Assembly (NCBI GenBank): GCA_964443535.1
Contig: CAYUCQ010000003.1
Location: 1 to 49,570, forward strand
From: Candidatus Woesearchaeota archaeon
Lineage (GTDB): Archaea; Nanobdellota; Nanobdellia; Pacearchaeales; GW2011-AR1
Direction of reading: 5' to 3'
Length of the DNA: 49,570 nt
Position 1 is the stretch's first letter, and every line of letters starts with the position of its first letter. The notes under the pieces are model-generated. The model was given only the letters and a program-made list of their open reading frames with translations. It had not been told where the DNA came from and did no database searches. The position numbers were made by a program, and so were the translations under genes. Positions 26,909 to 33,643 of the stretch are shown piece after piece.

Positions 26909-27656
26909 AAACTACGACTACCCCAGACGCGCAACCGTACCTGCCAACAACACGGTAGCTGCCACCGAAGTCAAGCCCGTAGCCGTACCAGACCCTGTCG
27001 CCAAGCGCGGATATTGTTTGAATAGGCTTATTATCAGTATTTACAATCCAAGAACGAGGCTCTTTAATTGGAAAATATTTTGATTGGGAAACTTCTGCCA
27101 AATTTCTTGCGCCATTTTCTTCACAACTTGCGATTATAAATCCGTCATTTGCAAATTCTTCTGCAGTCATTTCTCCATCTTTATATGACTTTCTTGGAGC
27201 AAAGCTGACTTTTCCATCTTCACTAAATCTTACTCCATTTTCTAATCTTCTTCCGCCTTTTAATGCTTTTTCTAATTCTCCTATGTCTAATTCTTTAGAT
27301 ATTCCAACGCCTTTTTCATCATAAACAACGAAAACACCGTGGCTTGATTCATATTCTTCTGGAACCCATAAGTTTCTTTGGAAAATCCAAAGATATTTTT
27401 GCTTCATTATTTCATCTCTTAATTCAACAGCTTCTGGCTCTTTTTGAAAATCTTCTGGACCACAATAAACTGCTTTAAGTAAATATGATGTTTTCTCTCC
27501 GTTTGGAAGAGACATTCTTACAGGATGATTTAATATCTCTTTCGCAGCACCTTTGTAATTATTAGGTCTTATGAAAGGATGGACAAATGCTATATTTTCG
27601 CCTACATCAATTTCTGTGACTTGTTTTTTAATAGTCGGAATATATTGATTTTTCAT
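26907..27656 (-). CDS. hypothetical protein (orphan, 249 aa)
   Basis: ORF track with its own TATA-like box. No motif I recognise. The last ~35 codons are markedly more GC-rich than the rest. Confidence 0.6.
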   Translation of the reverse strand: MKNQYIPTIKKQVTEIDVGENIAFVHPFIRPNNYKGAAKEILNHPVRMSLPNGEKTSYLLKAVYCGPEDFQKEPEAVELRDEIMKQKYLWIFQRNLWVPEEYESSHGVFVVYDEKGVGISKELDIGELEKALKGGRRLENGVRFSEDGKVSFAPRKSYKDGEMTAEEFANDGFIIASCEENGARNLAEVSQSKYFPIKEPRSWIVNTDNKPIQTISALGDRVWYGYGLDFGGSYRVVGRYGCASGVVVV

Positions 27657-27675
27657 GATTTTATTAAAGAGGAGA

Positions 27676-27687
27676 GGTATTTAAGCT
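27676..27687 (-). promoter_or_regulatory. TATA-like box for the 249-aa gene
   Basis: The minus strand reads GCTTAAATACCTCT about 22 nt upstream of the ATG at 27656. Confidence 0.4.
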
Positions 27688-27727
27688 TTTCTATTTGTTA
27701 CTATTATATAGTTATTTTATCTCTATA

Positions 27728-27770
27728 TTCCTACATGAGTGTAGGAAAAAGTTTAAATAGTTTGTAGGAA
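27728..27770 (+). promoter_or_regulatory. candidate operator/promoter of the AbrB-PIN operon
   Basis: Inverted repeat TTCCTACA-tgag-TGTAGGAA at 27728-27747. TATA-like GTTTAAATAG at 27751-27760. A third half-site TGTAGGAA at 27763-27770. ATG at 27781. Confidence 0.5.
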
Positions 27771-27780
27771 TTGATATATT

Positions 27781-28035
27781 ATGATAATAAGAAGGCAATT
27801 GGGAGTGAAAGGACAGGTAGTTATACCTAAGGATATTCGGAAAATTCTCGGCTTGGAAACAGGAGAAGAGGTAGTTTTTGAAGTTGTAAATGATGAAGTT
27901 AGGATAAAAAGAGAGGAAGATGTTAACAAAATTGTTGATGACTTTTTCGATGTGCCTGGAAAGAAGAAAAAACAAAGTTCAATAAAAGAAATAAAAAAGA
28001 TTATTTATGAACAATATGATGAAGAAATACCTTGA
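27781..28035 (+). CDS. vapB: AbrB/SpoVT-family antitoxin
   Basis: GVKGQVVIPKDIRKILGLETGEEVVFEV is the swapped-hairpin AbrB motif. Overlaps the PIN gene. Confidence 0.8.
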   Translation: MIIRRQLGVKGQVVIPKDIRKILGLETGEEVVFEVVNDEVRIKREEDVNKIVDDFFDVPGKKKKQSSIKEIKKIIYEQYDEEIP

Positions 28036-28426
28036 CTCTAATGTTTTCCTTTATCCTTTACTATACGAAGATGATAAAGCAAGGGCTGCAAAAGAAATAG
28101 TGCGTGATTTTGTAAGCAAGAAATTTTTGGCTTATACTTCTGTACTTACTTGGGATGAATTTGTTTATATATTAAAAAGAGAGAGAGGAAAGGAGATAGC
28201 TGAAGCAGAAAGTGATAAATTTCTGAAACTTCCTAATCTTTTATTTTTAGATATTAAAAAATCCTTATTATTTAAAGCACAAGAATTAATAAAAAATTAT
28301 AATTTAAAACCAAGGGATGCGATTCATGCTGCGAGCGCTATTGTGAATGATATAAATGAAATTATTTCAGATGAAGAAGATTTTGACAAAATAAAAGAAA
28401 TTAAAAGAATAGGGCTGTCTATTTAG
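28007..28426 (+). CDS. vapC: PIN-domain toxin (VapC-type)
   Basis: YLDSNVFLYPL, TSVLTWDEF, PRDAIHAASAI and a C-terminal SDEEDFDKI motif. The 3' end overlaps the rpl24 3' end by 8 nt. Confidence 0.8.
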   Translation: MNNMMKKYLDSNVFLYPLLYEDDKARAAKEIVRDFVSKKFLAYTSVLTWDEFVYILKRERGKEIAEAESDKFLKLPNLLFLDIKKSLLFKAQELIKNYNLKPRDAIHAASAIVNDINEIISDEEDFDKIKEIKRIGLSI

Positions 28427-28841
28427 CTTCTTTAGGAGCAGTTTTTTCTTTGCCTCTGTTAACTGCCGTGAGTCTATGCTTGTCTTCTAAATTCAATGAT
28501 TGGATTTGAAGCTTGCTTGGATGGAAATAAACATTCACTTTTGAGCCGTCTTTTTTTGTCCTGTAAATGTTTTCCAGAATCACGCGGTTTCTTTTTAAAT
28601 TTACAGAAGTTACTTTTGCTTTTTTCTTCTTGAAAGCGCCCCTCATTACAAGAACTTCATCGCCTTTTCTTATTGGAAGAGAGTTCTTCTTGTGCTTTTC
28701 CTTTAGAGGTTTTGATAAAGGAGAGCCAAGGAATTTGTGCTTTGTGTGCAATGGAGCGTTTGCTATGTATTTTCTTTGCTTCCTTGGAAGCTTGCTTGAA
28801 AGCCAGTGCGTGGAGAATTTATTTTTCATGTTATAGTACAA
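28419..28841 (-). CDS. rpl24: ribosomal protein uL24
   Basis: PRKQRKYIANAPLH...IRKGDEVLVMRGAFKKKKAKVTSV (KOW). The Met at 28829 is an alternative start. Confidence 0.9.
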   Translation of the reverse strand: MYYNMKNKFSTHWLSSKLPRKQRKYIANAPLHTKHKFLGSPLSKPLKEKHKKNSLPIRKGDEVLVMRGAFKKKKAKVTSVNLKRNRVILENIYRTKKDGSKVNVYFHPSKLQIQSLNLEDKHRLTAVNRGKEKTAPKEAK

Positions 28842-29232
28842 ATTGCGCGATTTTAGCTACTGAAGGCCAGCGTTCCTGGACTTCTCTTGCAACAGGGCCT
28901 CTTATTTGCGTGCCTTTTGGATTGCCCTTGTCATCTTTTAGAAGAGCTACTGCATTATCTTCAAAGCATACTCTTTCGCCTGTTTTTCTTCTGTATGGCT
29001 TTTTTTGCCTTATAATTACTGCGTCAAAAACAACGCCTTTCATGTCAGGCTTTCCCTGCCTTACTGAAACTTTTACCCAGTCTGATAGTTTTGCAAATTG
29101 CTGTCTGCCTTTTTTTGTCTTTCCGTGCTTGACAGAAGTTATTTTTACTATTCTTGCCCCGCTATTGTCTGATGCTATAACATAGCTGCCTATGTTCAAT
29201 CCTCGTGTTGCTCTTGCATTTATTGCCTTCAT
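28831..29232 (-). CDS. rpl14: ribosomal protein uL14
   Basis: IGSYVIASDNSGARIVKITSV...AVIIRQKKPYRR. Confidence 0.9.
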   Translation of the reverse strand: MKAINARATRGLNIGSYVIASDNSGARIVKITSVKHGKTKKGRQQFAKLSDWVKVSVRQGKPDMKGVVFDAVIIRQKKPYRRKTGERVCFEDNAVALLKDDKGNPKGTQIRGPVAREVQERWPSVAKIAQFVL

Positions 29233-29525
29233 TTTTCCTTCTCCTTTACCTTTTCAATAACTAAGAAATGGATAATCTTGCTTAAAGGCCTGCATTCCTG
29301 AATTTTTATTAAATCTCCTATTTCAATGTTCATGTTTTCGGGCAGGCGCGCGTGAAGCTTTGTTTTTTTCCTGTAATAACGTTCGTATTTTGGAACATAA
29401 ATAGTTCTTTCAAATTCTACTACTACGCGAGTTGGGAATTTCTTTATTACGTGGCCTTTGAAAACTCTCCCTCGCACAGCTATATTTGCTGTTTTTCTCT
29501 TTCCTTCTTCTGCTGTTTTTGTCAT
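29229..29525 (-). CDS. rps17: ribosomal protein uS17
   Basis: GRVFKGHVIKKFPTRVVVEFERTIYVPKYERYYRKKTKLHARLP. Confidence 0.9.
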   Translation of the reverse strand: MTKTAEEGKRKTANIAVRGRVFKGHVIKKFPTRVVVEFERTIYVPKYERYYRKKTKLHARLPENMNIEIGDLIKIQECRPLSKIIHFLVIEKVKEKEK

Positions 29526-29565
29526 GTTCCTCTAGCACTTTTTCTCTTTTTACCTTTGTGTAGGG

Positions 29566-29865
29566 TTAATCGCTTATGGAGTCTGCAGAAAAGCCTAAGC
29601 TTATCAGGACAGGCTTTACCTGTCTTTTGTGTTCTCCTTGAAGTTCTATGACACCATTCTTGATGGTGCCACCACAGGCAAGCTTTTCCTTTAGCGCCTT
29701 TGCGATTGCCTTTATGTCCAAGCGCTTGCTTAGGCCGCTAACCAGAGTTATGATTTTGCCATAACGTCTCTTGTCTATTGATACCTTGATGTGCTGCTCC
29801 TTCTTTGCGATTTCTTCAAACACATCTGATTCGGTAGGTAAACCGAAATTGGGATCTATGTCCAT
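29566..29865 (-). CDS. sui1: translation initiation factor SUI1/aIF1
   Basis: IKVSIDKRRYGKIITLVSGL...LKEKLACGGTIKNGVIELQGEHKRQVKPVLISLGF. Confidence 0.85.
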   Translation of the reverse strand: MDIDPNFGLPTESDVFEEIAKKEQHIKVSIDKRRYGKIITLVSGLSKRLDIKAIAKALKEKLACGGTIKNGVIELQGEHKRQVKPVLISLGFSADSISD

Positions 29866-29869
29866 TTGT

Positions 29870-30067
29870 TTATTTCTTTGTTTTCAACTTTTTTGAGTTG
29901 AAATATGTAATTAAGCGTGCAATAGCCCTTTTAATTTCTTTGGTTTTTGCATTTGACTTGTTTGCTGTAACATAAGCCTTTGTAAGAGAGAATTTCAAAT
30001 CTTTCAGCTTTTCTTCTAAATCTTTGTCGCTCATTTTCTCTATGTCTTTATATCTTAGCAAGGTCAT
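29870..30067 (-). CDS. rpl29: ribosomal protein uL29
   Basis: 65-aa helical protein between rps3 and sui1 (LRYKDIEKMSDKDLEEKLKDLKFSL). Confidence 0.85.
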   Translation of the reverse strand: MTLLRYKDIEKMSDKDLEEKLKDLKFSLTKAYVTANKSNAKTKEIKRAIARLITYFNSKKLKTKK

Positions 30068-30768
30068 TGTTTCTCCTTAGATTTTTTCTTAATAATTTTT
30101 ATTTTTTCAACTTTTGGCTTTGGAAAGTCTAATTCTTGCTCAAAAACTTTGATTTTTGCCCTAAGAGCATCGTCTACAATTATTCTATCGTGAATATGCG
30201 CATCTGGCTGGAGAATGCTGACGCTGATTCCTACTACTCCGCCCATTGTAGTTGCCTGTGCCTGCGCTCTGTTAACTACTTTTGAAGGCTCTCCTGTTTT
30301 CTTCAAATAGCCTTGGCTAAATCTCCATGAGCGAGCCCTGTCGCTTGGAAGCTTTCCTGCTAATACTATTTCTGTTCCTAGAGCGCCTGCTCTTATTATT
30401 TCCTGAAGCATTTTATATGCAATTACCTTGAATTTCAAAGCTCCGCGCCTTTCCAATAAAAGAGCTATTTCATCTGCAACTAATTGGGCATCCAGCTTTG
30501 ATTCGGTTATTTCTTTTATTTCAATATGAGGATTGTCAAGCTTGAATTTCTTTTTCAAAGTTCTTGTAAGGCTGTCTATTTTTTCTCCTCTTCTTCCTAT
30601 AACTAATCCTGGCTTGCTTGTTGCTATGACTATTTTTTCTCCTATTGGAGTATATTCAATTGAAACATTGCTTATTCTTCCCTTGCCAAGCTCGTGCTTG
30701 ATGTATTCTTTTACTCCGAATTCTTCTTTCTTGAACACTACGAATTTTTTAGCTTCCATATATAACAC
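30064..30768 (-). CDS. rps3: ribosomal protein uS3
   Basis: KH domain: ISNVSIEYTPIGEKIVIATSKPGLVIGRRGEKI. Confidence 0.9.
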   Translation of the reverse strand: MLYMEAKKFVVFKKEEFGVKEYIKHELGKGRISNVSIEYTPIGEKIVIATSKPGLVIGRRGEKIDSLTRTLKKKFKLDNPHIEIKEITESKLDAQLVADEIALLLERRGALKFKVIAYKMLQEIIRAGALGTEIVLAGKLPSDRARSWRFSQGYLKKTGEPSKVVNRAQAQATTMGGVVGISVSILQPDAHIHDRIIVDDALRAKIKVFEQELDFPKPKVEKIKIIKKKSKEKQ

Positions 30769-30807
30769 CTCCAGCGGGTTTTCTATAAGTTTCCAGCAAC
30801 CACGTCA

Positions 30808-31389
30808 TCATTCTTCTACCACTTCATTTAATTTAATTAATACATTTGCTCTTTTTGCTTTTCTGCCTTCGCGCCTTAAAGGGCGTGAAGCCCAATTTGC
30901 TGAAGCGAAAATTATTCTTGCTTTTTCTATGTCAAGATTATTTACTAGAGCGTTTCCTCTTAATCCTCTTAAAAGTTTTATAAATAATTTTGATGCGTTT
31001 ATAGGATATCTTCCCGACATTATCTTTCCTTTTCTGTGAGGGATTTCTCCCTTGAATGGAACTGCTCTTTTTAATTTGATTACATCTTCTAAATCAGATA
31101 TAGCTTTGTCAACTGGCTTGTTTTTTATGAAATTGCAGATATACATGCAATGCTTCTTTGATGCATGCATGCCAAGCCCTCTTGCTATTGCTTCTTCTTT
31201 CTTTTTTTCAACAACTTTCTTCTGTTCTTTTTTAACTTCTACTTTATCTTTGACTGCTTCATGAACATGCTCGTGAGCATGGTCATGTCCTTCATGCTTG
31301 TGCTCGTCTTTGCTAGGTATTTGATTTGCATGGACGTGCCCAATATGTGTGTCTTTCTTTTCTACTTCTGAATGTGTTTGTGCTGTCAT
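30808..31389 (-). CDS. rpl22: ribosomal protein uL22 with histidine-rich N-terminal extension
   Basis: Core: ASKKHCMYICNFIKNKPVDKAISDLEDVIKLKRAVPF. Residues 6-43 contain 11 His. The ATG lies 1 nt after the rps19 stop. Confidence 0.85.
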   Translation of the reverse strand: MTAQTHSEVEKKDTHIGHVHANQIPSKDEHKHEGHDHAHEHVHEAVKDKVEVKKEQKKVVEKKKEEAIARGLGMHASKKHCMYICNFIKNKPVDKAISDLEDVIKLKRAVPFKGEIPHRKGKIMSGRYPINASKLFIKLLRGLRGNALVNNLDIEKARIIFASANWASRPLRREGRKAKRANVLIKLNEVVEE

Positions 31390-31390
31390 T

Positions 31391-31804
31391 TTACTTCTTC
31401 AATGCGCGGCTGCCTTTTGTTGCTCCTATTCCTGCAGCTCCGTGCGCTACTTTAGATCGTGTGAATGAAAATTCTCCAAGTCTATGCCCCATCATTTCAG
31501 CCATTATTCCTACATCTTGGAATATCTTGCCGTTGTGAATTCCTATTGTCAAACCAACAAGCTTTGGAACTATAATCATATCTCTTTGATGCGTTCTTAT
31601 TCTCTTGCCCATTGCTATTTTCTTCTCGCATCTTTTTATGAATTTCTCTATTTTTTCAAAGTTCTTTAAGATAGTTCTGCGGCTTCTTGATTTCAAGAAT
31701 TTTGCAGATTCCCTGACGTCCAGAGTTTTAAGATATTCAAGAGTTTTGCCCCTATAGCGATATTCTTTCTTTGTTGTGTCAATTCTTATTCTTCTTTTAG
31801 CCAT
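31391..31804 (-). CDS. rps19: ribosomal protein uS19
   Basis: IRTHQRDMIIVPKLVGLTIGIHNGKIFQDVGIMAEMMGHRLGEFSFTR. Confidence 0.9.
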   Translation of the reverse strand: MAKRRIRIDTTKKEYRYRGKTLEYLKTLDVRESAKFLKSRSRRTILKNFEKIEKFIKRCEKKIAMGKRIRTHQRDMIIVPKLVGLTIGIHNGKIFQDVGIMAEMMGHRLGEFSFTRSKVAHGAAGIGATKGSRALKK

Positions 31805-31805
31805 T

Positions 31806-32087
31806 TTAAATCTGCTCTCCTAATTCTTTTAGTATTTCTATTAATTTTGGCACTGAAAAAAACCTTAAATCTAGAGGAAAGAGAACTCCTTGTTCATTAA
31901 CTTGATAATCTCCTATAACCATATATTTTCTTTTAACTATTGTTAAAACATCTCTAGCAAAGAAATGACTATCTTCTCTTTCACCTAAGTATTGCATTTC
32001 TGCATCATTTCCTATACTTCTCATTCTGTAGGTTTCTCCTTGGATTAATTTTGGCCTTCTCTCCATTATTTCTATTCCTTCTGTCAT
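31806..32087 (-). CDS. hypothetical 93-aa protein embedded between rpl2 and rps19
   Basis: ORF track. Its ATG shares one base with the rpl2 TAA (TAATG), and its stop lies 1 nt before the rps19 ATG. No recognisable motif. Confidence 0.6.
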   Translation of the reverse strand: MTEGIEIMERRPKLIQGETYRMRSIGNDAEMQYLGEREDSHFFARDVLTIVKRKYMVIGDYQVNEQGVLFPLDLRFFSVPKLIEILKELGEQI

Positions 32088-32782
32088 TATTTACTCCTTC
32101 CTGTTCTCTTTGGCCTTATGTGACCTACTCTTGCTCCTGCAGGAGCGTTTCTCTTTGCTATCTTTTGCTTGATTCTCTTTCCTCTTCCAGAACCAAATGG
32201 ATGATCTACTGCATTCATCTTAACTGCAGAAGTTCTCGGCCATAGCTTGTTTCTTGCCTTCATCTTGTAGAATCTTTTTCCTGCTGTTATGAAAGGCTTT
32301 AAGTTCATTCCAGAGCCTGCTATTTCGCCTATTGTTGCACGGCAATCTCCGCTTAAGATTAATTCTTTCTTGCTTGGCGTCAATATTGATATTTTATTAT
32401 GAGGATATTGCTTGAAAACAGCTGCTGATACGCCTGCAGCTCTTATCATTTTTCCGCCGTCTCCAGGATTGTTTTCTATGTTGTATATTTTTGTTGAAGG
32501 AGGAATGTCTTTCAGCATTAATATGTTTCCTGCTTGTATAGGGCCTGGTATTGAAATTTCCTGGCCTTTGCATGCGCCATTGAATGCTGGATTGTAGAAT
32601 ATTTCGTTATTGACAATTATTTTTAATAACGGAGAAGAATGTCCTGCAGAGTGGAAGATGTCCATTATCTGCGCCTTGCCTTCCTGCATTGGATAGCCGA
32701 TTCTATGCCTGTAAGCTGCGCTTCTTACTCTATAGGCTGGCCCGCCCTTTCCCCTTGCCTGTGAAATTATTCTTTTTCCCAT
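32087..32782 (-). CDS. rpl2: ribosomal protein uL2
   Basis: GRIISQARGKGGPAYR...NAVDHPFGSGRGKRI. Confidence 0.9.
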   Translation of the reverse strand: MGKRIISQARGKGGPAYRVRSAAYRHRIGYPMQEGKAQIMDIFHSAGHSSPLLKIIVNNEIFYNPAFNGACKGQEISIPGPIQAGNILMLKDIPPSTKIYNIENNPGDGGKMIRAAGVSAAVFKQYPHNKISILTPSKKELILSGDCRATIGEIAGSGMNLKPFITAGKRFYKMKARNKLWPRTSAVKMNAVDHPFGSGRGKRIKQKIAKRNAPAGARVGHIRPKRTGRSK

Positions 32783-32783
32783 T

Positions 32784-33026
32784 TTATATCATTCCCAGCT
32801 TAGTTGCAACATCAATTGCAGGATTTTTTTTATTTAATTTGACGTAAGCATATTTCTTGTTTCCCATTATGTGCGTCCTGACTTTTTCCACTTTAACAGA
32901 GAATAGCTTTTCAGTCTCTTGTTTTATATCTTCCTTTCTAAACTTTCTTTCTGTTTCAAATATCAAAGTATTGTCTATCTCTATCATCTTTACTGCTTTT
33001 TCTGATGTTATTGGCTTGAGTATCAT
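32784..33026 (-). CDS. rpl23: ribosomal protein uL23
   Basis: ILKPITSEKAVKMIEIDNTLIFETERKFRKEDIKQETEKLFSVKVEKV. Confidence 0.9.
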   Translation of the reverse strand: MILKPITSEKAVKMIEIDNTLIFETERKFRKEDIKQETEKLFSVKVEKVRTHIMGNKKYAYVKLNKKNPAIDVATKLGMI

Positions 33027-33643
33027 TTTGCTAAATATGCTGGAACTTTAAATTGTGAATATTCTGGGAATAATGGCTTTCCATGAACGAGGCGAGAAAA
33101 ACATTCTGCAGTTAATTTGCAATCTTCCAAAGCATTGTGTTTTTTTCTATTATCTTTCATGCCGCAGAACTCCAATATATTTGACAATCCCATATCGCTG
33201 TGGTCATCTTTTATAAGGAATTTTCCATGAATTTCTTTATATTTTTCTTGTGCATATGTATGCAAGTCAAAAGATCTATGATGAAATGGAATTTTGCCTA
33301 ATCCATATTTACCTGCTTTTATATTAATTATTCCTAAATCAAATGCTGGATTTTGACAGATGCAATTTTTTATTGCCTTTAAATTTTTAACATAATTAAA
33401 GAAATTTTGAATTAATTTCTTTTGTGATTGCTTTCTTTTATCACGGAAATCTTCGTCTTTTAATCCTGTAATCTCGTATACTGTATGTTTATCGCCAGGA
33501 ATATTAACAATCTGGTCTTCATTATCTATTCTTGCTTCTTCTAAGAAAGTATTTTGAGGATTCTCAAATTCTAAAGCTCCTATTTGCCAAATTCCTGATT
33601 TATAAAAATCTGTTCCCCTTGTTTCAATGTCTAAAACTATCAT
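33023..33643 (-). CDS. DEDDh-type 3'-5' exonuclease (DnaQ/RNase T-like) embedded between rpl4 and rpl23
   Basis: ExoI VLDIETRG, ExoII NPAFDLGII, ExoIII KHNALEDCKLTAECFSRL (H-x4-D). ATGA-type 4-nt overlaps at both ends. Confidence 0.75.
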   Translation of the reverse strand: MIVLDIETRGTDFYKSGIWQIGALEFENPQNTFLEEARIDNEDQIVNIPGDKHTVYEITGLKDEDFRDKRKQSQKKLIQNFFNYVKNLKAIKNCICQNPAFDLGIINIKAGKYGLGKIPFHHRSFDLHTYAQEKYKEIHGKFLIKDDHSDMGLSNILEFCGMKDNRKKHNALEDCKLTAECFSRLVHGKPLFPEYSQFKVPAYLAK

